Assembly (NCBI GenBank): GCA_048013815.1 | Contig: CM106585.1 | Coordinates: 6,882,001 to 6,946,000 of the forward strand | Length of the DNA: 64,000 nucleotides | From: Setoptus koraiensis | Lineage: Eukaryota; Animalia; Arthropoda | Direction of reading: 5' to 3' | Part shown: positions 36,565-48,675 of the stretch, in pieces | How the letters are laid out: each line of letters begins with the position of its first letter | Numbering within the stretch: the stretch's first letter is position 1 | The notes under the pieces: model-generated | Databases searched by the model: none | What the model was told of the DNA's origin: nothing | What the model saw: only the letters and a program-made list of their open reading frames with translations | Position numbers and translations under genes: made by a program

Positions 36565-37688
36565 TGTCGAAAACAAACAACGACAACAACAAATTAATGT
36601 GCACAACAAACAACACCACCAATTAATGTCAACAACAACAAAAAATAAAAACTGTATTAATAAACTAACATATTGTGTCGTCTTTTCTTTTTATTCCTAT
36701 TTAATTCCTATCTCGACGCTAACATTCTCCCGACGCTAACCAACTGTATCTCGACGATTACATTCTGCCAACGCTGACATAGTTTCGACGCTGACATAAT
36801 CCGTGGATATTCATCTGTTTTCACGGATATGCATGGATATCCGTGATTTTTTCTAAAATTTTCGATCCGTCCGTGGATAATCCGCGCTTAAATTTTGCGA
36901 TCCGAGTCCGCCGCGGACGGAATTTTTACGGGTAATTCGCGGATTCGGATCGGATCGCGCATCTCTACTGGCGATACAACCAAATCAACTTCTAAACGTT
37001 TCTTCACTTGTCAGAGGCTTGTCTCGCTTCACCTGATTGTCTGATCTTATCACTAGGGTACTCAACAGTGTTAATGGGACAGGATTATAGTATGTTTATT
37101 GCGATGAAAAAAATGCTTGCACAAATGATCTTTAATTGCACCTTCACCCTTCACTGTATCAATAAAGATTGCACCTACTTATTTGTCACTCGTTGTAAAA
37201 GCAACTGTCACATGCTCTCTGACAAAATGAAAGTGATTAAGATGGCCAAACAATAGCCTGCATGCAATTGATACCTTCCATAAATTCGGCACAAACAAGC
37301 GAATTATATCTAGTTTACTCATGTGACCATTGTGTGGCGCTTTGAAATTGAAAGTTTTCAACAGTCGAAAAAGGATTAGATTTATTACATATGCGGGCGG
37401 CAGGCACCAAGTTTTACTTTAATCGGGGTTTGTCATAAATCCCAACAAATGTTCGACTATCAATTGTAAGTAATTAAAAATCATTTATTGTGACACTGAT
37501 TGTCGCAGTCTCAATATTCGATTCAGAGTTTCTCGATGGATAGAAGGTATTTAAACTCTCTGTTTTACTCTCTGGCGCCATCAGTCAATAACTTACCTAA
37601 CAAGTGTAATCAGCTTCAAATAAGTCATTTATCGAATAACATAACTCGCAAGACACAAAACCATCCAACCGGCCGTATCTATCCGAAC

Positions 37689-37889
37689 ATGATGAATAAA
37701 ACGATTGTAGGTCTTTTCTTGTTCGCTTTGCTCCTGATCGCAACACCCAATTTGATACAACCATGCCTTGGGCAAGGACTCGATGAAGGAATAATTCCGG
37801 GTTCATCGGCTCTTATTGATGCTTTACTGAATGCAACGGAACAAGAATTGGATAATAGTCTCGCTGGTCCATCCGGTATGATCGGTTGA
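37689..37889 (+). CDS. Small secreted peptide precursor, copy 2 (66 aa)
   Basis: True start is the ATG at 37689 inside track ORF 37500-37889. Signal peptide MMNKTIVGLFLFALLLIATPNLIQPCLG, and C-terminal Gly. Confidence 0.8.
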   Translation: MMNKTIVGLFLFALLLIATPNLIQPCLGQGLDEGIIPGSSALIDALLNATEQELDNSLAGPSGMIG

Positions 37890-38521
37890 TCGGATAATCA
37901 ACTCGCAACAAGATGCTTCTAGCCGTAAAAGATCTATATCCTACAACAACTCTTAAAATTTGCTTGCTGAACACAAAATAAACAACAAAACCATGTTCTA
38001 GCAGAATCAAGATGGAAGATAGGAAATGAGCGAGAGCGACTTTGCGACTGGAGGCCAATTTGATTGTGTTAGATTGTTGATGTCAACTAATGTCAAAATG
38101 ATAACAGAACCATAAATAGTAAGAAAACGAATCATAGGATGAAAGTTTTGCTTTTGTGGCGTCTTATTGTTCGTCTAATTAGCTTCATATATGCGCCGCA
38201 ACAAGACTACCCCGTTAGTGTCCGGCGGCAACGATGCGAGCAACTACAGCCAGAGTGAGTCTCAGAGTTACGTAACGCGATCGTCTTATGATGGATCTTG
38301 ACAGATAGAAATATCACGAATGCATATTTTGCACATATTTGCACAACGGCTGAATAATAAATTCTCGAGTGCGTCTGCATGATATGATAAGATCGCAAAT
38401 GAAACATGTTTTGGCACAATATCTAATGATTGATAATAATTTACACTATATTTAGCGGTTATAAAACTACAAAAGTTGCACAAGTGCACAAAAATGAATG
38501 AAATTGAAATAGGAATAGGAA

Positions 38522-39363
38522 TCAACCGCGATCACTGCTGCTGGTCACTTCCGGTTGCTCGCAACACAACTCCAGACGCCACAGGCTGAAGCTGCCGTCA
38601 CTGCCTGAGCTAACGAAATGCCTGTCGTCGCTCAAGAATCTCACCACCACGGCCGGTTGCGACGAGTATCGTCTCTCGTAGAAGCCCATAGTTTTTGACC
38701 GACACGGGTACCTGAACAGGCGCAAGTGTCCGTTACCGTCGCTGGCCACGACCAGTTTTTTGTTGTTTGATACATGACAGCTCATGTTGACCACGGTGAG
38801 CTGGTGTTGTTGTTTGTCTGCTGTTGTCGCTTGAAATCGGTTGTTGCTGTCGCTTAAATTGAGATTGTCGTTGTCCCAAATAGCGCGAACATTCTCACTG
38901 GCCGAGCATGTCGCATTGAACCATTCGATGTCCTGGGGTATTTTGCTCTTTTTCATGTACCGGAAATTGCACAAATCCCAGAGAATGAGCTCTTGGTAGT
39001 TGTTGTTGTTGATGGAGGTCAAAATGAACTGATTGTTGTCGCTGAACTGCAGACTCACCACCGGATACGGGCTCTGATTATATAAGAATGTATTATATTG
39101 TAGATAATTGAAATTGGGAGACGGTCAATTATGAGCGATGGGATCAACGCATCGATAGGGGCACATATTGACATACATTTGTCATTATATTATCATTATT
39201 CATTGTCAGGATATTCTCACAATCTCAATTATCAAATATATGCGAAAATATTTTGGGGCTTACTCACCTGGAATATGGACACCTTCTTGTAGGCGCGGCC
39301 CTGCTCGTACACGGTCAACACAAATATGCTTCCGTTTGCACATCCGGCCGCCAGCAACGAGCC
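38522..39363 (-). pseudogene. Partial duplicate of the DCX-EMAP 3' end: 96 nt of the penultimate exon (39363-39268), the intron, and the complete last exon (39073-38522)
   Basis: The last exon is nearly identical to 41219-41770 (EVTSSSDRG versus EVIGSSDRG). Homology stops abruptly after CCAGCAACGAGCCG at 39363. Confidence 0.8.
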
Positions 39364-39398
39364 GAAAAAAGCATCAACCAATAATCTTCAACGATAAA

Positions 39399-39969
39399 CA
39401 ATTGAGAAACTGACATTTGTGAGATACAAATAATGATAATAGAAACTATTCTCTTAGCCACCCCATGTGATATGAATGCAGATTAAGGCTAAAACCACTT
39501 GCATACCTAACCTGGATTCGTTCACCATACATCTAGAGAAAATAGACACATCAAAACGTCACAGCGCGAGATAAACATTTGTCAGTTAATTTTCGGCTGA
39601 TCCAGCCGATTGGTAACAATATTTATGGCCATACCCACTGATTGTCTACAGGAAATGTCGGCTCTTTTCAACTTGAGATGAAGAATAGAGAGGAGCAATA
39701 AACATTGAGATTAATCAATCAGTGATGTCATATTTAGTGCCATAAATATTGTTACCAATCGGCTGGATCAGACGAGAATTAATTGACAAATGTTTATCTC
39801 GCGCTGTGACGTTTTGATGTGTCTATTTTCTATCGATGTATGGTAAACGAACCCAGGTTAGGTATGCAAGTGGTTTTAGCCTTAATCCGCATTCATATCA
39901 CATGGGGTGGCTAAGAGAATAGTTTCTATTACCATTATTTGTATCTCACAAATGTCAGTTTCTCAATTG
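39399..39969. repeat. Long inverted repeat: 231-bp arms (39399-39629 / 39739-39969), about 95% identical, 109-bp spacer
   Basis: CAATTGAGAAACTGACATTTGTGAGATACAAATAATG...ATATTTATGGC pairs with GCCATAAATAT...CATTATTTGTATCTCACAAATGTCAGTTTCTCAATTG. Confidence 0.92.
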
Positions 39970-40133
39970 AGAGAGATAGTATTTAAACTCACTGTTCTAC
40001 TGCCAGGTACCATTAGTCAATAACTGATCTAACAAGTGTAATCAGCTTCGAAGAAACAAGTATTTGTCATTTATAGCAAGACATAACTCGCAAGACACGA
40101 AACCATCCAACCGGCCGTAACTAACAAAACAAA

Positions 40134-40361
40134 ATGAATAATTCCTCTATTGTATGTCTTTGCCTGTTCGCGTTGCTCTTGATAGCAACACCGGCTATAA
40201 TACGACCATGCTTTGGACAACAAGATCTTTCTATGGGACTTGGAACCATTGTAAGACCTATTGTAAACGCAATCGAAGAGGGTGTGACGGACGCCCTTGA
40301 CCCGACAGAAATAATGGAGGCGGACTTCGCAGGATTGAGGTTTGCGAACGGGAGGAACTAA
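40134..40361 (+). CDS. Small secreted peptide precursor, copy 3 (75 aa)
   Basis: Signal peptide MNNSSIVCLCLFALLLIATPAIIRPCFG, conserved leader DNA, and C-terminal GRN. Confidence 0.8.
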   Translation: MNNSSIVCLCLFALLLIATPAIIRPCFGQQDLSMGLGTIVRPIVNAIEEGVTDALDPTEIMEADFAGLRFANGRN

Positions 40362-41218
40362 TTCAACAGTTAATCAACAGTTAGGACAAGATTGTTCTCA
40401 TCAGACCTTGAAAGATCTGTATGCGGGAAGGTTTCTTAGAATTGACCTGGTGAATATGAAACAAACAAAACAACTATGTTTCAGCGAAATCAGTATGGAA
40501 GATTGGAGATAAACAAGAGCGAGTTTGCAACTTGAAGCCAATTCAATTGTGTTAGATTGTTGCTGAAAACGAATGTCAAAATGAATCAATAAACATTGAG
40601 GAAAAGAATTATAAAACGAAAGTCTTGCTTTTGCAGAGTATTCTCGTTTGTTTACTGTCGGTAATCACATTGCTGGCAATTGATAGGCCCCATTTAGATT
40701 GAGTTTGGTGCTGCAGTTTATTGTTTATCGTTGAAGATTATTGGTTGATGCTTTTTTCATCTACTTCTCTTCTCATTCACTCGATTGGCCTTCGTCTACT
40801 CAGCTGTCCTGCGTCGAAAACGCAAGCAACTACATGGCTAACTCACTGTCAGCTGATCTGCAAAAAGGACGAACAACAACTAGGGCAATTGTTTGGCCAC
40901 TCATGCAGCTCAAAGGGAGCTTGAGACACAATTGGTCTGGGGGCCCCTTTTCAGAGTGAGTCTTACAACACAGCGCGCGATGCAAGACGAAAGAAGCCGC
41001 GAGCAAGATTGTTGACTAATACAAATATCACAATTACATATTTTGCACATATTTGCTCATTGGTTAAATAATCAATTCTTCAGCGCATTGTATGATGATA
41101 TGGTCACATATGAAACAAAGTTATGCATTGGCACGATAACAATTTACACTATATTTAGCGGTTATAAAACTACAAAAGTTGCACAAGTGCACAAAAATGA
41201 ATGAAATTGAAATAGGAA

Positions 41219-44200
41219 TCAACCGCGATCACTGCTGCCGATCACTTCCGGTTGCTCGCAACACAACTCCAGACGCCACAGGCTGAAGCTGCCGTCACTG
41301 CCTGAGCTAACGAAATGCCTGTCGTCGCTCAAGAATCTCACCACCACGGCCGGTTGCGACGAGTATCGTCTCTCGTAGAAGCCCATAGTTTTTGACCGAC
41401 ACGGGTACCTGAACAGGCGCAAGTGTCCGTTACCGTCGCTGGCCACGACCAGTTTTTTGTTGTTTGATACATGACAGCTCATGTTGACCACGGTGAGCTG
41501 GTGTTGTTGTTTGTCTGCTGTTGTCGCTTGAAATCGGTTGTTGCTGTCGCTTAAATTGAGATTGTCGTTGTCCCAAATAGCGCGAACATTCTCACTGGCC
41601 GAGCATGTCGCATTGAACCATTCGATGTCCTGGGGTATTTTGCTCTTTTTCATGTACCGGAAATTGCACAAATCCCAGAGAATGAGCTCTTGGTAGTTGT
41701 TGTTGTTGATGGAGGTCAAAATGAACTGATTGTTGTCGCTGAACTGCAGACTCACCACCGGATACGGGCTCTGATTATATATGAATATATTATATTGCGG
41801 ATAATCGAAATTGGGAGACGGTCAATAATGAGCGAGCGAATCAGCGCATCGATACAGGCACATATTTGTCAGTATACATATATTATCATTATTTGTCAGT
41901 GTGCGTATATTATCATTATTTGTCGGGATATTCTCACTATCTCAATTATCAAATATATTGCGAAAATATCTTGGGGGTTACTCACCTGGAATATGGACAC
42001 CTTCTTGTAGGCGCGGCCCTGCTCGTACACGGGCAACACAAATATGCTTCCGTTTGCGCATCCGGCCGCCAGCAACGAGCCGTCGCGCGAATACTCCAGA
42101 CATCCAATGCAGACCGGCGTCAACGGGAAATAGCTGCACAGCGACCCGTCCGACGTCTGAATGATGTAGACGGTGCCGTCGAGCGAGCCCGACGCTATCA
42201 CCTGGCCGCCGCAATGTATCGCAATGGTGCTGCACTCGGACGGTATGAGTGCCGTCCACACCAGTTGTCGGGCCGACCATTTGCAGATTTTGCGGTCCCG
42301 CGAACAAGTGAAATATCCGTCCGCAATGACGGGATCGGGCACCAGGTCGGCGACAAGTGTCTCATGGCCCTCGTAAACGACACAATAGTCGCTTTGTTTG
42401 CTCGCCCGAAGCACGTCGCCCACAAGTATGACGTTGCGCGTTGTGGCCACATACACCCGCATGCTGGCGGGGGGCGCGTTACTGTCTCCAGAAGTCTCCC
42501 TGTCCAATGTGCCGCTACAACAGTTTGCCGGCCTCGTAGCGGCCGATATTATGCAACAAATGGCCCCCATTTCCTCGGGCAAGCGAACAGCGTTGACGCA
42601 CCGGTAACTGGCGCCCTGTATCTGACTGGCGGCCGAGGTGTGATCCGTGCGCTTGCCCGAAGCGGTGGTCGCTAGCGACCATGTGCGCAAGGTTCCGCTT
42701 GCGTCGCCCGTCATCATGACACTATCGCCCACCACTAGAATGCAGCTTATTGGGGCCATTCGACCGGTTTCTGGCCCGCCCACCATTCGACCGGTTTCTG
42801 GCGGGCCGCCCACCAATTGATCGGTGAGCGTGCCGATGGTGTCGGTGGCGGTGTGCGCCGTGAGCAACTGCTGGCCGCTCGCAACAAAACTGACCACCTT
42901 GTATGTGACCGTGGCATGCGGTTGTGCCCTGGCAAACGGGCCGGCCTTGGACGGGCTAGAGCCGGCCGGCACGGACGTCTTAGCGGGACTTGGGGGCGAC
43001 ACAGTGGACGATTGGGTCCACACGCTGACTCGCCCGTCCTGGGCACCGACGAGGTATTTGTCCGGGCCGACACAGGCCACACAGTTGGCCTGGGCGAGGC
43101 TGTTGAGATTGAGGCGCGTTAGCACGCTCAACGACACCAGTTTGCTTTGTTTGTAGTCGATTTGCCACAGGCTCAAATGGCGTCGCCCGAACGTTACCAA
43201 ATGATGCTCGCGATACGGATGTAGCAACACCTGAAGTACCTGTTCGCCGCGGCTCAGAATCTTGGTCACCTTTATCGAGCTGACGGGCACGGGCGGCGGC
43301 TTGGCGGGCGCACTTGTGGTTGCCGGTGTCGGGTTGCTCTGGCCGGTCTCTGTCGGGCCGGTTGCGGCGCGCTGCCCGAGCAAATCGGACAGTGGCCAGT
43401 GGAACAGGTAGAGCGCTAAATGATGTATGTCGCGACTGGCCACCGCCAATTGTGTGACGCTAAGCGACAAACTGAACAGCTGGGCGCCCAAAAACGATTT
43501 TTCGCTTATTGTCATGAGGGTGGTCAGAGTGTCTATGCACCAAACGTGAATTTGGGGTCGCCTGTTCAATTGATCCTCTACCTGGCCACTGGCCGCAATC
43601 CTCGCCTGCGCGCTACACGCCCACGCGGACGGCGGGCCGGCGGCCGAATCCGCATCGAGCCCGTGCGCCCAATCTACCTGTTGACAGCTGCTGGTCAGCT
43701 GTTGCTGGCTGTCAGACGCTAAATGGGGGGCGCTGCCTGCTGTCACATTGGCCGCTGGACATTTGACAACTGTCAGACAACAAACGTCGCTAGTGTGCGC
43801 ACTGTAGTAGCGCTGGCTGTTCTTAGAGCGATTCCACAATATCACCAGCGCCCCTATAGGATAAATCAATTCGTTGTCGGCAAAATGGAGCCAATTTGAG
43901 TAGCGCTCGTTTGGCTCAAACAAGCTACTCGCTGGCCAAATACTGCTGCCCCCTGTTTTGGGTGTGTTCAACTTGCTCGCCCTATAAGCAGAGCCTGTAT
44001 TTATTCCACTTCCGCTTCCGGTCGCATCTCCCATCTCAAGCCATCTCTGCTGTTGCTGTTGGTCCGCTGCCAAATTGTGGGCCAAATGCGGGGCCGGCCG
44101 CCAGTCGTCGTTGATGCAAAAGCCGTGCACCCATTGCAGGCTGAAATTTTGGTCGGGAATTGTGTCGCCCTGACACGCGAATCCTTTAACCTCGCGCGCC

Positions 44201-47200
44201 AACTGAGTTAAGGTCTGGCTGGCACCGGAAGTGATGCTCGCTTTGCGCCAGTTTGTCTCAAGTCCGGATACAATTTGCACTTTGTCTCTGTCTTGTTCGT
44301 GGCCACTGTCATCCGCCAGTTGACGTTGTTCAACTGCGATCAATTGCTGCGACCTTTGGCTCGCTGCGGTCAGATGTGCGCCACCGTCGGTCTCACCCGC
44401 ACCCGACGCGTCACCGCTCGCTGCGCTCCGCGTTTCCGGTCTGTCATACGGCCGCACTTGGTTGCGTTCGATTCTGACAGTGTTGTCGTCAGCGGCTGCA
44501 GACGCGTGCCCGCCCCTCTGAGGGGGCTTGTCATGGGTCACGGGAGAGGTCAGAGTCACAATGTTTCGCACTCGTTCGTTTGCCATATTCTGACTCACCA
44601 CACTCTCGCTGGGAATCTGTTTTCGGGAATATTTGCCGCTCCTGCCTTCGGTTGCACCGGCCCGGCTCTTTGCCGGACTCTGCCCGGATCCCGTCGTGGG
44701 CGCCGCCTTTTGCCTGGCGTTGGCAGGCTGTCTGGCGCGCGTGGGTTGTCTCTGCCTTGTGCTTGCACCCGTACTGACCGTCCCGACCGTCCCGACCGTA
44801 TCGCCTTGTTGGGCTTGGTTGGGGGTGTGGTGGACGAAGCGGTCGCTGGCCAGTTCGTTCACCTGTCGCATCTCGCTGTCGGACAATTGTTGCTCGCTCA
44901 CTGTTATAATGGACTCGTTGGACTTGGTGCGCTCCATTGGAAAGCGCACCGGCAGGTCAACCAGGTAGCCCTGCAGCGATCGATTGGTGCCTATCTCGAT
45001 CGATTTGTTAGTGGCGGCGGTCGCCATTTGGCCCGTACGCTGGGCGCCCGCTCGGGCAGTTCGCTGGCCTGCGCCATGGCGTGCTGGCTGTCTCGCTGTG
45101 CCGTGATTGTTGGCCGCGACGGCCAGCACCCTGCAATGCGTATCCGGCTCGGGTGGCAGTTGTCGCTGAGTGGACACAACGACAAGATCTTCCTTGAAGG
45201 TCACTCTGGGTTGAACGCGCGTCTCCGAGCTACTGCGCACCAGAGCCCGGCTCCTCGTGTCACTTCCGGTTATTCTTGCGGGGCTCAGTTGCTGGCCCTG
45301 TCTAGTATTGGCTGCGAATTCATCGTTTGTCACACACAAAAGTGTCTCGTCTACTGACGCTCGCGCCATTGCTTGCGACGGGCGCCCGCTGTTACAGTGA
45401 TTGGCGCTTGCCAGACATTTGGGCGCCCTCGAGGCGCTCACAAGCTCCAATTGAGGAGCGGACACCATACGAATCAGCTTAGGGTCCCTCTTTCTCACCG
45501 TTGTCGTCTTATCCGCTGCAGCGCCAACAACTAAACTCGCTCTCCGTTGCTGCCGATTGTTTTCTTGTCTCGGGTCCAACTTGCCGGCCGTGCATAAATG
45601 GCCGCCGGCCGTCTGCGACTGTCTGTTCGAGTGATCGGCCGGGCCGGCCGGCACCTTTGACGGGCTCGTTTGGCGGGCCCTGGCCTTGGCCGTGCGCTGT
45701 TGAGATGGACTTTTCGCTTGCATGCTTTGCTTGATGGGTCTCACTGGCGACCTCTGCGTGGGCGATTTGCCCTTGGCCGGGCTGCTCTTGTTGTCGAGCT
45801 TGCTGTCAAGCTTGCTGTGACTCGATGCCGCGAGTGACGAGTCACGACTTTTTACCGCCGGGCCGCCGCTGCAGCCTATGGTGCTGGCCGAGTGGGGCGC
45901 TGTGTGGAGAACTGGACGAATATAATCACTTCTGTCTGGTCTAACCTCAAATTTGGCCAACTCTATAGGCGAAACCGGCGACTTTATCTGGCTGCTTCTG
46001 GCCAATGACGGCTGCTGCTGCTGCTGTTGCTGTTGTGACGGCTTCGGTTCCCTTTGGTCCGTTTCATCCGGTGACTTATGCGCCGGCGACGGCTTGGCAG
46101 TGCCGTTGTTGTTGATGTTGTTGTTGTCTAGATCACTGAGCGCTGTCCGCGGCGACTCCGGCCGTTCGCCTATGTTGTTGCAGGGTGTCTGCGTCGACAG
46201 GTCGCTCGTCGGGCCCGCAATTAGCGGGCCGTCGACGAGGAAATTCTTGCAAGTGTCCAGTTCCTGTTGCAACTGGGCACAATTTAGAACGCGCCTCAGA
46301 TCGTCGGTGTACAATTTGCACACCAGCGCCATACCGATGGCGCCCGCAAATTCGGCCAGCAATTGCTCGAACGACGATTGCTTGCTGGCCACGTATTGCC
46401 TATTTAACCAAATGTTGGCCTTCCTTTTAGGATTGTGATAATCAATTATGCATATTTGCACCGTTGCCACCGTTGTCTGTTGTTTGTCTTTATTATTAAT
46501 TGTCTCGCTGGCATTGGCATGATCGTCGCCCCCATGATTCCGTTTGGCCAGTCGCCTCAGCACACTGGCCTCCTGGCGACATGCTAGTTCCTCACCTGTT
46601 CGCTTGCTGCCAACTTGCTGCTGCTGCTGATGATGCTGATGGTACAACGGTGACACGGAACAGGTCGTCATTTCCGGTGTGAGGGGGCCCGCCGTGTAAG
46701 TGTGAGTGACGGGCGACCGTTGGCCAGCGCCGTTGGCGTTGGGCGCCATTGCGGCCACGCCAATGAGATAATTTGATTGAAAATCAAAGTAGCGCGTTCC
46801 CGAGACAATGTAGATGGCGTTGTGTTGTAACTCGCTCACACTATACAACAATTGACCCTCGTTGTTAAACAAATATCTTGCGCCGCCTTGAATAATGAGC
46901 CGGCCATTTATGTAGTCCAACAGGCGATTCAGATCAACAAATTCGTTGTCGCGCAAACTGATACGAAGCGGCTTCTCAAACGGAAGTCCGTTGCTGTAAA
47001 TGGTCAATATTTTGGCCCGATGGAGCGTGTCGCGTGACCGGCTCATTCTGGCGCTGCTCGCGCCACCTGACAATGGCGGCAGCAATTGTTGCTGCTGCGG
47101 CAAGCCGCCAAAACCCACCAGCGGTTTGCCCGACCGGTAGCTGGCAGTCGGTGCGGTCTGCGTCAAATTGGAGTAGCTACCGCCGAGTCGCTTCCGGTTG

Positions 47201-48675
47201 CTCGTAAGTCTGCTCTGCTGGCAGCTTGTGCTGGCTGTTAAATGGGGCAAATTTGGCCTCTCGTCTGGCCTTGCCTGCCCAGATTCCCGTCCGATGCTGT
47301 CGCGGCTGTTATTCAGGCAACTCCAGTTGGCATAATCGCGATTCAGGTCCACATACAACAGATCGTTATAGTTCAAGTTGGTGCTGCTGTCGTTCAGACA
47401 GCAACTTGATAAACTCTGGCGCCTGTTGTTGGCGTCCCACGCCACTAATACCGGCCCGCTTGAGCGTGTGTGTCCGGCCCCGGCCCGGGCAATCTGACTG
47501 TGCCCCGTCGAGTCGCCGGTGAAATTGCTGACAGCTCGCTGAGGCCTGTTGACAACTGTGGGCAATGTTGTCAGTTCACTATTTCTCTTTCTGGTTAACT
47601 GGGTCGCCGTCGGGCTAACTCTGTGCCAATCTGTCGCGTTATTGTTGGCATGCTGGCCGTCGTTAATTAGCGCCCTGTCACTATCGCTGTCACTATCACC
47701 TGTCGTCCGGTATTTGTGGGCTTTCGCTCTAATGGTGGGCGATTTTGATCTAGTTTCGCTGCATTTGTTGCGTTGTGACTGTGACTTGTTGTGTATTTTC
47801 GATGCTCTGTTTTTTCGTCGCTTCGATTTGGTCGTCGTTTTAGTTGCGCTCAACGAGTTGCAGCCACAAGTGTGAAGCTTCAGGTCACTGTCGGTGATAA
47901 TTTGGTCTGATTGGTGGTGCCCATGGCCGGCATGGCTGCCACAACTGCTGCTTGCTGTGGAATCACTGGGCAAACTGAGGAAGAATCCGTTATTCTTATC
48001 CGTGTCATTGTCGCTGGTGGCCGCTATCAGCGCAGCTCTCTTATTATCCGCCTGTCTCAATTGTCTCCGATTTTTCGCCTTCTTCTTGATCGTCTTTCTC
48101 ACCGGGCCACCACTGAGCTCTTGTTTACAACTATTACAATTGGTATTAGTATTATTATTTTTTCTACTATTGGCCGAGGGCGACAACAAAAGCTTGCTCG
48201 GTCTGGCCAGTGGCTCGTGCTCTGACACGCCACCCTTGTGATAGTCTATTTGTGCCAATGTTCTGTCGCCAATATGAAAATATCTGATGGCCTCCCTGTC
48301 TAGAATGTCGTCGTTTGAGTCGTCACTTGTTTGTCTGTCGTTGTTGTTGTTGTCGCTGTTTGGGTCACTGTTGTTGTTGCTGCTTCTGCCGATAGTCTTG
48401 GCAAATTTTTGCTGCTTGTCAGTTGTCTTTACCGCTACTGCTGCTGCTGCTGATACATTAGCTGCTCGTGTATAATCTTTGCTGGCGGCTGGATAAAATG
48501 TCTGATATCGTTCGCTCATCGACGATTTTCTTCGCGCCAATTGTGGCGAACGCGACTGATCGATTGTGACAGGTTGCTGCTGCTGCTGACACATGTCTGA
48601 GGCCCGATGTTTTGACTGGGCCACGAGTGACAACTGGTCGCCATGGCAAACAAAGGGCCCATTGTCATTGTCCAT
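41219..48675 (-). CDS. DCX-EMAP: Doublecortin-domain echinoderm microtubule-associated protein-like (DCX-EMAP), 2413 aa; exons 48675-41986 and 41770-41219
   Basis: First ATG at 48675. Two DCX-like domains (RAKILTIYSNG...GARYLFNNEGQLL and VQICIID...LVCKLYTDDLRRV), a HELP motif (FSLQWVHGF), WD40 repeats, and an EML-type end GHLRLFRYPC...VRFLSDD. A phase-0 GTGAGT..CAG intron gives 7242 nt in frame. Confidence 0.85.

Larger units (their letters stand above)
34741..36967. mobile_element. Non-autonomous hAT-type DNA transposon (2227 bp) carrying gene cargo
   Basis: Left end TAGAGGTGCGC and right end reverse complement TAGAGATGCGC (11-bp TIR, 1 mismatch). Flanking 8-mers CTGGCAAT (34733-34740) and CTGGCGAT (36968-36975). 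CGGAT/GGATATCC subterminal repeats at both ends. No transposase ORF. Confidence 0.75.

Noticed and set aside
39660-39670. GGCTCTTTTCA, the first 11 nt of the histone mRNA stem-loop
   Set aside because: The closing GAGCC arm is absent and no histone ORF lies upstream.
42173-48649. Numerous plus-strand ORFs, including 44275-45357 (360 aa)
   Set aside because: They are antisense shadows of the GC-rich DCX-EMAP exon with no recognisable motifs.
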